From Candidatus Omnitrophota bacterium (GTDB taxonomy: Bacteria; Omnitrophota; Gorgyraeia; Gygaellales; Profunditerraquicolaceae), in NCBI GenBank assembly GCA_028712375.1, contig JAQTQG010000001.1, forward strand, positions 46,126-110,125: a stretch of DNA of 64,000 bases. The letters are read 5' to 3'. The translations under genes and the position numbers were made by a program. This document shows positions 47,149 through 56,993 of this stretch, in pieces. Numbering within the stretch: position 1 is the first letter of the stretch; each line of letters opens with the position of its first letter. The notes below the pieces were generated by a model that ran no database searches, had not been told where the DNA came from, and saw only the letters and a program-made list of their open reading frames with translations.

Positions 47149-48597
47149 ATGGCGATAGATATACGTAAGCTAAAGACAGACAGCGAATCAAGTATAAAAG
47201 AGGCTATGAGGGTTATTGATAAAAATGGCCTTGGACTTGTTTTAGTTACTGATAAACGCAAGAAATTCTGTGGTTTAGCAACGGATGGCGACGTGAGAAG
47301 AGCGGTGTTGGCTGGGTGTGGATGGAAAACTAGAATTAAAGATGTTATGCAAAAAAATCCCGTGGTGGTAAGAGCGGGTACGGATAAAGAAGAGATATTG
47401 AAGTTAATGAGTTCGAAGATCAGGCATATTCCGATTCTTGATGAAAATAACAAAATAATTAATCTTGCTTCATATGCGCATTTTTTCCATATCCCGGTTA
47501 CCGAACCTGAAATAGAGGGCAAAGAGTTGGAGTATGTCACGGATTGCATCGCTACAGGCTGGGTCTCTTCCGGTGGTAAATATGTTAAATTATTTGAAGA
47601 TAATTTTAGTGAATTTTGCCAAACTAAGTATAGTATTGCTGTTTCTAATGGAACGGCTGCTCTGCACTTGGCTTTAGCGGTTTTGGGCGTTGGAAAAGGG
47701 GATGAAGTTATTGTGCCAACTTTAAGTTTTATTGCTACGGCAAATGCGGTTAGTTATACCGGAGCAAAGCCGGTATTTGTAGATGTTCAAAAAGACACTT
47801 GGAATATAGATCCGGAAAAAATTAAAGATGCGATAACCTCTCGAACTAAAGCAATTATCCCTGTGCATCTTTATGGACATCCAGCGGATATGGATCCGAT
47901 TCTTTCTCTTGCGAAAAAGCATAAGCTTTATGTTATTGAGGATGCGGCGGAAGCTCATGGAGCTGAATACAAAGGCAAAAAGGTCGGTTCTTTCCCGGAT
48001 GTGGGTTGTTTCAGTTTTTTTGGCAATAAAATTATTACTACCGGTGAAGGAGGAATGATCACCACGAATAATCCGGATATCGCGCAAAAAGCAATAATAT
48101 TGCGTGATCACGGAATGTCTAGAGAAAAGAAATATTGGCATCCGTATATCGGATTTAATTACCGCCTTACGAATATTCAGGCGGCCATCGGAGTAGCGCA
48201 ACTAGAGAAAATAGCAAGCTTGATAAAAAGAAAAAGAGAGAATGCGCGCTTGTATTCTTGTCTTCTTAAAGGCGTAAAAGGTATCGTTCTGCCTGTAGAG
48301 AAAAAATGGGCAAAGAGTGTTTATTGGATGTATTCCATACTTGTTGAAGATAGTTATGGTATTTCAAGGGATCTTTTAATGCGCAAACTGTCTGAGCGCG
48401 GTATTGATACTAGGCCGGTATTTTATCCTATTCATATTATGCCTCCTTATGCGGATAATAAGAAATTTCCGATTGCAGAAGAGATATCTAGAAAAGGTAT
48501 AAGTCTCCCTTCAGCAGTGTCATTAAAAGAAGATGAAATTAGGAGAATCGCGGCTGCGATTAAAGAAATCGGAAGGGGCAGGGGGAAGCGATGTTAA
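47149..48597 (+). CDS. CBS-domain pair fused to a DegT/DnrJ/EryC1-family sugar aminotransferase
   Basis: N-terminal ~120 aa CBS pair (…VLVTDKRKKFCGLATDGDVRRAV…IPILDENNKIINL…), then the aminotransferase with PLP-Lys context FSFFGNKIITTGEGG; an alternative start at 47101 is possible. Confidence 0.8.
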   Translation: MAIDIRKLKTDSESSIKEAMRVIDKNGLGLVLVTDKRKKFCGLATDGDVRRAVLAGCGWKTRIKDVMQKNPVVVRAGTDKEEILKLMSSKIRHIPILDENNKIINLASYAHFFHIPVTEPEIEGKELEYVTDCIATGWVSSGGKYVKLFEDNFSEFCQTKYSIAVSNGTAALHLALAVLGVGKGDEVIVPTLSFIATANAVSYTGAKPVFVDVQKDTWNIDPEKIKDAITSRTKAIIPVHLYGHPADMDPILSLAKKHKLYVIEDAAEAHGAEYKGKKVGSFPDVGCFSFFGNKIITTGEGGMITTNNPDIAQKAIILRDHGMSREKKYWHPYIGFNYRLTNIQAAIGVAQLEKIASLIKRKRENARLYSCLLKGVKGIVLPVEKKWAKSVYWMYSILVEDSYGISRDLLMRKLSERGIDTRPVFYPIHIMPPYADNKKFPIAEEISRKGISLPSAVSLKEDEIRRIAAAIKEIGRGRGKRC

Positions 48598-50093
48598 AGG
48601 GGGCGTTAAAAATATTGGGTGGTAATATTATTTCGTACCCGTTTAATCTTGCTAAAGTATTTATTATCGCTAAGGTCTTGGATCCGGGAACATATGGGGT
48701 ATTTAGTTTGTTTACCGTTATTCTTTCTTATAGTCTTTGGTGCGAATTCGGTATACTTAGCGGCATGGATAAAATAATTCCTTATTTAAGAGGTAAATCT
48801 GATTATACGGAATTAAATAACATAAGAAACGCGGCGTTTACATGGTTTATTTTTGTGTATTTATTTTTAATAATAGTTTTATTTTTTGTAACTTTTATCC
48901 CAGGTTTTTCATTTTCCAAAGAAATTAATGTTGGTTTACGATTATTATCTGTTGTCATTTTTTTATCTGTGGTGCAGAATTTTTTCTTGACTATTGCGAG
49001 AGCGGAGAAACGATTCGGTACCATCGGCATGACAAATGCAGTATTTGCAGTTTCATCGGTTTTATTATTGCTCTTGTTTTTTAAAGCTCCCTTGGATCGG
49101 CTGCATGCTACTTTAATATCATTTATTCTGGCGTACGCAATTTCACTTTTGTTCTGTATGCTGCGTTCAGAATTTAACTTTAAAATGAATTTAAGTGTAA
49201 GCAAGTTAAAGAAAATTATTCATATGGGTTTTCCTATAGTAGTTATCGGCATTAGCTTTACGATATTTACTAGTATTGACCGTTGGGTAATTGTGAAGTA
49301 TTTAGGCAAATCTCAGCTGGGTTATTATGCTTTTGGTATGTCTATTGCCAATTTCTTGTTCGGGCTAATGGCTGTATTTGCTTATGTCTCATTTCCATTG
49401 GTGCGGGAAAGATTTGCTAAAGAGAGTGATTTAACTAAATTTAATCCATATATGCATAACACAATGTTGTTAATGAGTTATATAATTGCTTTTTCCAGCA
49501 GTATTTTAATAGCAACCCTTCCCTTTGTTTATAAAAACATTTTTTATAAATATGCGTCAGGCTTGGAATCAGCTTATTTTTTAATAATCGGTATTTTTTT
49601 TATTTCTATGGCAACAATTCCCGGAAATTTCATAGTAGCAATAAATAAGCAAAAAGTTATTATATTCGCTCAGGCTATCGGAATTGCTGTTTTATTAATC
49701 GCAGATTACCTTGTGGTAAAGCTTACAGGTAGTATAACCGGAGTCTCTGCCGTGACAGCAGGGACTTTTTTCATTTACAGCGTTTTTGTTATTTCTTGTT
49801 CATTCAAGTATGTGGGGGATACTTACGCTAAATCATTTAAATTGATATTGAAGTTACTTTTACCTTTTGCTTTAGGTTTATTGATTGTGTTTTTGTTAAG
49901 GGTAGTATTTAATTCTTTAAGTGCTCCGGAATTATTTGTAACTCTGTTTAAAGTTGTTACTTTGGTTTTTTTCTACCCGTTATTATTTTATTTACAAAAT
50001 AAAGACATGGGAATTTTCAGAAAAACTAAGATTCTGCTAGGCAATAATGTTCAACCAGTTACGGAAAATTATACGCCGTCTGGTTTATTCTAA
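48591..50093 (+). CDS. Wzx-like polysaccharide flippase (MOP superfamily)
   Basis: 500 aa, about 12-14 TM helices, N-terminal segment typical of polysaccharide-biosynthesis flippases. Confidence 0.7.
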   Translation: MLKGALKILGGNIISYPFNLAKVFIIAKVLDPGTYGVFSLFTVILSYSLWCEFGILSGMDKIIPYLRGKSDYTELNNIRNAAFTWFIFVYLFLIIVLFFVTFIPGFSFSKEINVGLRLLSVVIFLSVVQNFFLTIARAEKRFGTIGMTNAVFAVSSVLLLLLFFKAPLDRLHATLISFILAYAISLLFCMLRSEFNFKMNLSVSKLKKIIHMGFPIVVIGISFTIFTSIDRWVIVKYLGKSQLGYYAFGMSIANFLFGLMAVFAYVSFPLVRERFAKESDLTKFNPYMHNTMLLMSYIIAFSSSILIATLPFVYKNIFYKYASGLESAYFLIIGIFFISMATIPGNFIVAINKQKVIIFAQAIGIAVLLIADYLVVKLTGSITGVSAVTAGTFFIYSVFVISCSFKYVGDTYAKSFKLILKLLLPFALGLLIVFLLRVVFNSLSAPELFVTLFKVVTLVFFYPLLFYLQNKDMGIFRKTKILLGNNVQPVTENYTPSGLF

Positions 50094-50236
50094 CGGTATG
50101 TATCTTTAAACAGATTGATTGTGCCGCAATGCTATAAAGTGACTGTGAAGTAGCTTATGCGGTAAATTCAGCCAAATTTAGTTTATAAGCCGGTTTTAAC
50201 CAATTGTAGAAATTATTAAGCTAAAGGGGTTAATAA

Positions 50237-51406
50237 GTGCAAAATAGAGAGTCAGTGCTTAGTAAAGCCAAGCATGAACAGCAATCTATGGATTCCATCA
50301 AGTTTTTAACGAAAAATAAACTTGATGATTATTTTCTTGCAGAGGTTATTGACCAGCTTAAGCATGATAAGGATGATAAGCGCTATGCCCAGGAAGTGGG
50401 TATACTCAATGAGATTATATGTAATTTAGAGGATAATGTGGAATTTTCCGGAGATAAAAGCAGGTTTGTAGTTTTACCAAACGAATATAATTTTTTATCC
50501 CAGAATAATAAGTTTCTTTGGGCTGAATATCTTATTTTTAGATATAAATTCAGAATTTATCCTAAGTTTGGGCGGTTGCCTGATTTTCCAATACACTTGT
50601 TAATTGAGCCGGTATCTTATTGTAACATTAAATGCTCTATGTGTTTCCAGACGGATGCTGATTTTACAAAACCCCCGTATATGGGTAACATGGATATTGG
50701 GTTATTCAGAAGCATTATAGATGAGGCTGTAGAAAATAAGTGCAGAGCTCTAACTTTGGCTTCTCGCGGTGAACCAACACTGCACCCGAATTTTGCTGAA
50801 GTTATAAACTATGCTAGGGGTAAATTTTTTGATTTTAAATTGAATACAAACGCTGTCAGTTTAGATGAGAAAAAATGTCATCAAATATTGCAAGGCGAGG
50901 TTACTGAGCTTGTTTTTTCAGTGAATGCAGTCAACAAGAATGAATATCAACAAGTTTGTAAGATTGATAAATTCGAGCAAGTAGTTAATAATATAAAACA
51001 GTTTCATAGAATTAGAAATAAGGATTACCCTGAATCGAAATGTAAGACACGGGTGAATGGGGTAGAGTATGGCCCGGATTTTAGTGAAGAGCAATTTTTA
51101 AACTTTTGGGATAAGATTGTTGATAATGTTGTGTGTTTAAAAGTTTTTAAGCGTTGGGATACTTATAACAATATTCTTTCTTCTGTTAGCTCTCCCTGTG
51201 CTTTATTGTGGCAACGAATTTATGTTTGGTTTGATGGTACTGCTAGCCCCTGTGACCGTGATTATAAAAGTTTATTGAAAATAGGCAACATCCGGGAATC
51301 TTCCGTTAAGAGCATCTGGAATGGTGAAAAAATGAACCTATTACGTAAGAAGCATAAAGAAGGCTTCCGCAGTTGTTTTTTTCCCTGCGATCGTTGCGAG
51401 GACTAA
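50237..51406 (+). CDS. radical SAM enzyme with ~120-aa N-terminal extension and Cys-rich C-terminus (possible SPASM/twitch)
   Basis: CNIKCSMC (CxxxCxxC) at about aa 129-136; C-terminal cysteines C..PCDRD...SCFFPCDRCED. Confidence 0.7.
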   Translation: MQNRESVLSKAKHEQQSMDSIKFLTKNKLDDYFLAEVIDQLKHDKDDKRYAQEVGILNEIICNLEDNVEFSGDKSRFVVLPNEYNFLSQNNKFLWAEYLIFRYKFRIYPKFGRLPDFPIHLLIEPVSYCNIKCSMCFQTDADFTKPPYMGNMDIGLFRSIIDEAVENKCRALTLASRGEPTLHPNFAEVINYARGKFFDFKLNTNAVSLDEKKCHQILQGEVTELVFSVNAVNKNEYQQVCKIDKFEQVVNNIKQFHRIRNKDYPESKCKTRVNGVEYGPDFSEEQFLNFWDKIVDNVVCLKVFKRWDTYNNILSSVSSPCALLWQRIYVWFDGTASPCDRDYKSLLKIGNIRESSVKSIWNGEKMNLLRKKHKEGFRSCFFPCDRCED

Positions 51407-51408
51407 TT

Positions 51409-52413
51409 ATGCGGGAATATAAAATTGGATTTATAGGTTATAAAGGACAGGCTGGCCGCTTAATCAAGATATTTGAAAATATTAAACGGTGTAAGATTTC
51501 TTGTTTTTATCATCCTGAAAAACATATTGATGTTAAGCAGATTGCTGTTTGTAACCATCCGGACTTGTTTGCAACCAGGAAGTTATCTGACCTGTATTCA
51601 TGCGCCGGTATTGTAATATGTGCTCCGAATTATATGCATTTTTCTTATCTTAAAGAACTCATTAAGGATTACAGGGGGTACATCTTTTGTGAAAAGCCTC
51701 CTGTGTCTAATTTTCGGGAGTTAGCATCTTTACGGAAGTTTTCAACTGCAGATAAAAAGAGAGTTTATTTTAATTTTAATCAGCGTTTTGGTTTTCTTGC
51801 GGAGCTGCTTAAGGTGTTTCCTAAAAGATATAATCTTGGAGAACCAATCAGGGCAGCTATTGTTAGCGGTCATGGGCTTGGTTTTCAGGAATCCTATAAA
51901 TCATCATGGCGGGCTAAAAAAGAGCTCCATGAGGGTGGGGTGTTAGAGACTTTAGGGATTCATTTTATTGATTTATTGAGTTTTACCTTTGGTGCATCGA
52001 AAAACATTTTTTGTTTCGCAGAAAATCTCTCTCCTTATGGTGATGCAATTGATACTTGTCATTTTTCTTGTATTTTTGGCAGTAAATTATATTTTAATCT
52101 AACCTGTAGCTATTGTATGCCTTTTACACATAGTATAAAGATAGATTATACTAATGGGTCAATTGATATTGATGATAAGGAAATTAAAGTTTTTACACCT
52201 AGGGAGGTGTTTGACAAAAACGGAAGATTTGTCCGCCCTCCGTTGCGTTATAGGAAGCTTATAGATTATAATAAGTTATATTCTGAATCTTTAGAAGTTT
52301 CGTGCCAGTATTTTATGGATTGCCTTTGTAAAAGACGTGAGATTAATTTGGAGTATTTTAAGCAAAGTATTCTTTCCAATGAAATTTATCTGAAGGCTTT
52401 GGAAAATGTATAA
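51409..52413 (+). CDS. Gfo/Idh/MocA-family NAD(P)-dependent oxidoreductase
   Basis: N-terminal Rossmann IGFIGYKGQAGR...ICAPNYMHF...EKP; starts 3 nt after the radical SAM stop. Confidence 0.7.
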   Translation: MREYKIGFIGYKGQAGRLIKIFENIKRCKISCFYHPEKHIDVKQIAVCNHPDLFATRKLSDLYSCAGIVICAPNYMHFSYLKELIKDYRGYIFCEKPPVSNFRELASLRKFSTADKKRVYFNFNQRFGFLAELLKVFPKRYNLGEPIRAAIVSGHGLGFQESYKSSWRAKKELHEGGVLETLGIHFIDLLSFTFGASKNIFCFAENLSPYGDAIDTCHFSCIFGSKLYFNLTCSYCMPFTHSIKIDYTNGSIDIDDKEIKVFTPREVFDKNGRFVRPPLRYRKLIDYNKLYSESLEVSCQYFMDCLCKRREINLEYFKQSILSNEIYLKALENV

Positions 52414-52449
52414 AATCCGGTTTTAGAATTAAAAAAAGGAGAATAGTAA

Positions 52450-53505
52450 ATGCATAAAAAAGCACTGATTACAGGTATCACCGGCCAGGACGGGTCTTAC
52501 CTTGCGCAATTTTTACTTAACAAAGGTTATAAAGTATATGGTACTTACCGCCGGCTTTCTTCTCCTAATTTTTGGAGGCTGCAGTATCTTAATATATTTG
52601 ATAAGGTGGAATTGATACCGGCTGAGCTTTCCGACAGCGCTTCGTTGTTCGAAGCAATCAGGATTTCAAGCCCGGATGAGATATATAATCTTGCTGCGCA
52701 AAGTTTTGTCGGCGCATCTTTTGAACAGCCGATCAACACGACAGATGTTTCCGGAGTGGCGACTACCAGGATCCTGGAGATAATCCGCCAGATAAATCCC
52801 AAGATAAAATTTTATCAGGCTTCTACCAGCGAGCTGTACGGCGGAATCTATGACCATAAACAAAACGAAGAAGTCCCTTTTCATCCCCGCAGCCCTTATG
52901 CGGCTGCCAAGTTATACAGCTACTGGACAACCAGGATATACCGGGATGCTTATGGGTTGTTCGCTGCTAACGGGATTCTTTTTAACCATGAGTCTCCGCT
53001 CAGGGGGTTGGAATTCGTAACCCGTAAGATTACTAATGCGGTTGCCAAGATCCACCTCGGGTTTAGTAAAAATATAACCCTGGGCAATATTAATGCGCAA
53101 AGAGACTGGGGCTTTGCCCTGGATTATGTAGAGTCAATGTGGATGATTTTACAGCAAGATAAGCCGCAGGATTTTGTAATTGCCACCGGGCAGATGCATT
53201 CGATAGAAGAATTGCTGGATATTGCTTTTAAATTGGTTAACCTGGATTATAAAAAGCATATCGTAATAGACAAGAAATTTTTTAGGCCGCTGGAAGTTCA
53301 TAAACTCTGCGGTGATTCTTCGAAAGCCAAAAAGGTCCTGGGCTGGGTTCCTAAAGTTGCATTTAAGCAATTAGTAGAAATTATGGTTAAAGAGGATATT
53401 AAGCGTTGGGAAGGATGGCAAAAAGGAGAGCGGTTTCCCTGGGATGCAATAAATTACCCGGATGAAAGAAAAACATTATCCCGCTATATTAGTATAGATG
53501 ATTGA
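52450..53505 (+). CDS. gmd: GDP-mannose 4,6-dehydratase
   Basis: ALITGITGQDGSYLA, catalytic ASTSELYG (Thr and Glu) and YAAAKLY (Tyr, Lys); 351 aa. Confidence 0.9.
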   Translation: MHKKALITGITGQDGSYLAQFLLNKGYKVYGTYRRLSSPNFWRLQYLNIFDKVELIPAELSDSASLFEAIRISSPDEIYNLAAQSFVGASFEQPINTTDVSGVATTRILEIIRQINPKIKFYQASTSELYGGIYDHKQNEEVPFHPRSPYAAAKLYSYWTTRIYRDAYGLFAANGILFNHESPLRGLEFVTRKITNAVAKIHLGFSKNITLGNINAQRDWGFALDYVESMWMILQQDKPQDFVIATGQMHSIEELLDIAFKLVNLDYKKHIVIDKKFFRPLEVHKLCGDSSKAKKVLGWVPKVAFKQLVEIMVKEDIKRWEGWQKGERFPWDAINYPDERKTLSRYISIDD

Positions 53506-53902
53506 AAAAATTATTCATGATAATAAACTGATAGCAATAATCCTGCGTAAAGATTTTCATAAAGAAGGGATTTCTTTTCTTACGGATAATGATGCGCAGT
53601 TGCAGTTGGGGTATTTAAGCCATCCGGCAGGCCACGAGGTAAAACCGCACACTCATAAACCGGTGATCAGGAATACTTTGGGAACCCACGAAGTGCTCTT
53701 TATCAAAAACGGAGTAATCGAAATTGATTTTTATTTAGCTGATAAAACTTATCTGGAAAGCAGGAAGTTGTTGGCGGGTGATGTAATTTTATTGGCAGAG
53801 GGCGGGCATGGGATAAAAGTTTTAGAGGCAGCTACGATTGTTGAAGTAAAGAATGGGCCTTATATTGAGGATAAAGAAAGATTTCAGAGGAAGAAGGATT
53901 AA
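53498..53902 (+). CDS. small cupin, FdtA/WxcM-like candidate NDP-4-keto-6-deoxyhexose 3,4-ketoisomerase
   Basis: 134 aa; His pair HEVKPHTH; cupin beta-sandwich pattern; lies between a dehydratase and an aminotransferase, as fdtA does. Confidence 0.5.
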   Translation: MIEKIIHDNKLIAIILRKDFHKEGISFLTDNDAQLQLGYLSHPAGHEVKPHTHKPVIRNTLGTHEVLFIKNGVIEIDFYLADKTYLESRKLLAGDVILLAEGGHGIKVLEAATIVEVKNGPYIEDKERFQRKKD

Positions 53903-53906
53903 TTAT

Positions 53907-55025
53907 ATGATACCGGTAAATCAACCATTATTAAACGGTCGCGAAAAAGAATTATTAGCTGAATGTATTAATTCCGGGTGGATATCTTCTGATGGCCCTT
54001 TTGTCGGTAAATTTGAGCAGTTGTTTTCTGCATATATTGGAGTAGATCATGGAGTCGCGGTTTGTAATGGTACGGTAGCATTAGAGACTGCTTTATTTGC
54101 GGCGGGAATTAACAAGGGGGATGAAGTGATCCTGCCGGCGTTTACCATTATTTCTTGCGTTTTGGCGGTTTTGCGTTTGGGGGCTGTGCCAGTTTTAGTG
54201 GACGTAGAACCGGATACCTGGAATATGGATGTGGCGCAGATAGAGTCAAAGATTACTTCCAAAACTAAAGGGATTATGCCCGTGCATATTTACGGGCATC
54301 CGGTGGACATGGATCCGCTTATGCAGATAGCCAAAAAATATAAATTGATTGTTATCGAGGATGCGGCAGAAGCCCATGGGGCAGAGTATAAGCATCAGAA
54401 GTGCGGCAGTATCGGCCATATCGCTGCCTTTTCTTTTTACGCGAATAAAATTATTACTACCGGTGAGGGAGGGATGGTGCTCACTAAAAATAAAGAGATG
54501 GCAGAGCGGGCAAGGAGTTATCGTAATCTTTGTTTTCGCCCCGAAAAAAGATTCTACCACACCGAATTGGGCAATAATTACCGCATGACAAATCTGCAGG
54601 CGGCAGTCGGAGTAGCGCAAATTGAGCGTATTGAGGAGTTTGTGGGAATTAAAAGAAATTTAGGGGAGTATTATAAAGAAAAATTTTCATTAATTAACGG
54701 CATAAAGACGCAGGTTGAGAAACCTTGGGCAAAGACGGTTTATTGGATGTATTGTATAGAGCTTGCTGATTCTTTAGGCGTAAATGCTGATGACTTAATG
54801 GTTGCTCTTAAGCAAAAGGGTATCGAAGCCCGGCCTTTCTTTTTGGGAATGCATCAGCAGCCGGTTTTGCAGCAACTGGGCTTATTTGCCGGAGAAAAGT
54901 ATCCGGTAACAGAAAGAATTTCCCGGCAGGGGCTATATTTACCATCCGGGCTTGCTCTTAAAGAGGCTCAAATAGATGAAGTAGTTTCGGCAGTCAAAGT
55001 TTTTGTGCTCAAGCAGCGCGGATAA
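53907..55025 (+). CDS. DegT/DnrJ/EryC1-family NDP-sugar aminotransferase
   Basis: FSFYANKIITTGEGG PLP-lysine context; about 65% identical over long stretches to the CBS-fused aminotransferase at 47149-48597. Confidence 0.85.
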   Translation: MIPVNQPLLNGREKELLAECINSGWISSDGPFVGKFEQLFSAYIGVDHGVAVCNGTVALETALFAAGINKGDEVILPAFTIISCVLAVLRLGAVPVLVDVEPDTWNMDVAQIESKITSKTKGIMPVHIYGHPVDMDPLMQIAKKYKLIVIEDAAEAHGAEYKHQKCGSIGHIAAFSFYANKIITTGEGGMVLTKNKEMAERARSYRNLCFRPEKRFYHTELGNNYRMTNLQAAVGVAQIERIEEFVGIKRNLGEYYKEKFSLINGIKTQVEKPWAKTVYWMYCIELADSLGVNADDLMVALKQKGIEARPFFLGMHQQPVLQQLGLFAGEKYPVTERISRQGLYLPSGLALKEAQIDEVVSAVKVFVLKQRG

Positions 55026-55849
55026 TGGGAAATACTAAAGGGTGGTGGGATAATTTTTGGGTAAAAAGAACTTCTCCCTCAACGGTCGGTAGCGGCGATT
55101 ACCCTTATAGCGATTTAATGGGGAAGGTAGCTTGCGAGTATTGGCATGATAAGTTTAAGCAGCTTGCCCCCGGCAAGAGGATGCTTGAATGCGGATGTGG
55201 TAGTGCCAGAGTTTCTGCGTATATGGCGCAACATGGTTATCAGTGTACGTTACTTGATTATTCCGGGGCAGCCTTAGCGCAGGCCAAAGCAAATTTCACC
55301 CGCATGTCTTTGGATGCCGGGTTTATTATTGGAAATTTAAACCAACTCTGCTTTAAAAATGGGCAGTTTGATATAGTCTTTAGCGGAGGGGTATTGGAAT
55401 TCTTTGAAAATGCGCAACAGCCAATTAATGAAATGGTAAGTGTTCTAAAGCCAGGCGGTATTTTCGCCGCTCATTTAGTGCCTAGAAAATTTAGTATTCA
55501 AACGATCGCTGATATTGAAAGAACTATTGCCTGTTCGATTGCGAATTTATGCCGGTGCAGATTTAAGAATGTTTTTAAAGTAGTAAGGAATATTCCTGAT
55601 GATTATGAGGTAAGCGGTTTACCTTTAGAGAAATATATTGAGATGTGTAAAAAAGCAGGGTTAAGTTCAGTCACAGGTTTTGTTACAACGCCTTTTCCGG
55701 TTCTGGCTTTACCAGGGGCGTTTCAGAAAGCATATGTTAGTTTAATGCGGAAGCTGATGCCGTTTTGGCGCAGATTCAACGAATCTAATAATTTCTTTAG
55801 TAAGCATTTAGGAATAACCTATACGATTTACGGGATAAAAGATAATTAG
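55025..55849 (+). CDS. class I SAM-dependent methyltransferase
   Basis: motif I MLECGCGSA; 274 aa. Confidence 0.7.
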   Translation: MGNTKGWWDNFWVKRTSPSTVGSGDYPYSDLMGKVACEYWHDKFKQLAPGKRMLECGCGSARVSAYMAQHGYQCTLLDYSGAALAQAKANFTRMSLDAGFIIGNLNQLCFKNGQFDIVFSGGVLEFFENAQQPINEMVSVLKPGGIFAAHLVPRKFSIQTIADIERTIACSIANLCRCRFKNVFKVVRNIPDDYEVSGLPLEKYIEMCKKAGLSSVTGFVTTPFPVLALPGAFQKAYVSLMRKLMPFWRRFNESNNFFSKHLGITYTIYGIKDN

Positions 55850-55858
55850 GGGATATAT

Positions 55859-56980
55859 ATGAAAATTGGAATAGATGCCAGGTGCCTGGAATGGAATATC
55901 GGAGGAGTTACCAGGTATTTGATTAATATGCTTAAACTTTGGCCGCAGATATCAAAACAGCACAAATATGTGCTGTTTTTCCAGAATCATATTCCGCAGG
56001 AAGAGTTTTTAAACAATAGTTTATTTGAGTGCATATTGATTAAGGGGCCGAAAATTTTAAAAACCCGCAGGATCGTCGGAGAGCAATTACTAATGCCTTT
56101 TGCCATTAAGCAGGCTAAGCTCGACTTGTTTTTTGCTCCGTGGTATTCTGCGCCTTTATTATCACCGTGCTCCAAGACAGTGATTGGCTGCTGGGATGTT
56201 TCCTGTAATTCTCATGGTGCGCATTACAGTATTTTGGAGAGGATATCTTTTGGTTTTTTTTCTCCCCGTTCATGCCAAAAAGCACAAGGGATAATTACCT
56301 GCTCCCAATATGATTCCCGGCAAATCCAGAAATATTTTAGAATTCCTGCTGAGCGCATATGCGTGGTGCAGTTTGCCGCCGATGATAAATTTAAGCCGGT
56401 AGACAGCCCGGATCAGCTGGATACTTTCCGCGCAAAATACGGTTTACCTAAAAAATATATTCTTTCTATGGGGATAATTATAAAACGCAGGAGCGTAGAT
56501 GTGGTGATTGATGCTTTTAAGGAAATCTACCGCGATTATCCTGATCTGGGACTAGTGGTAATCGGGCGTAATGCCACAGTTCCCTTTGTAGATATTCAAG
56601 GGAAAATGCAGGATTTAATTGAGCAGAAAAGAGGATTCTATTTTCTGCGCGCTCCCGAAGAAGATGTGGCCAATTTTTACCGCGGGGCATGGTATTATAT
56701 TTGCACCACAACTACTGATGGTGAATCGCTTATGCTCAAAGAAGCAATGAAATGCGGCACCCCGGTAATTACCTCTACCTTGCTAAAAGAGACAGCAGGG
56801 GGCAATGCCGTTATCCTGGATGATCCTACTGACTGTAAGCAAACCGTGGCGGCTTTTAGAAAGGTCGCTTTAGATCAGAATTTGAGGGATCGTTATTCTG
56901 CCGAAGGAATTAAATGGATGCAGCCTTTATCTTGGGAAAAAGTTGCCCGTGAGAGCCTGCAATTTTTAGAAAGCCGTTAA
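55859..56980 (+). CDS. GT-B glycosyltransferase (GT4-like)
   Basis: C-terminal EX7E motif ESLMLKEAMKCGTPVI; 373 aa. Confidence 0.75.
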   Translation: MKIGIDARCLEWNIGGVTRYLINMLKLWPQISKQHKYVLFFQNHIPQEEFLNNSLFECILIKGPKILKTRRIVGEQLLMPFAIKQAKLDLFFAPWYSAPLLSPCSKTVIGCWDVSCNSHGAHYSILERISFGFFSPRSCQKAQGIITCSQYDSRQIQKYFRIPAERICVVQFAADDKFKPVDSPDQLDTFRAKYGLPKKYILSMGIIIKRRSVDVVIDAFKEIYRDYPDLGLVVIGRNATVPFVDIQGKMQDLIEQKRGFYFLRAPEEDVANFYRGAWYYICTTTTDGESLMLKEAMKCGTPVITSTLLKETAGGNAVILDDPTDCKQTVAAFRKVALDQNLRDRYSAEGIKWMQPLSWEKVARESLQFLESR

Positions 56981-56993
56981 GGAGTGTTCATAA

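Noticed and set aside
47722-49204. minus-strand ORFs 47722-48201 (159 aa) and 48803-49204 (133 aa)
   Set aside because: Antisense to the aminotransferase and Wzx genes; low-complexity, no start context.
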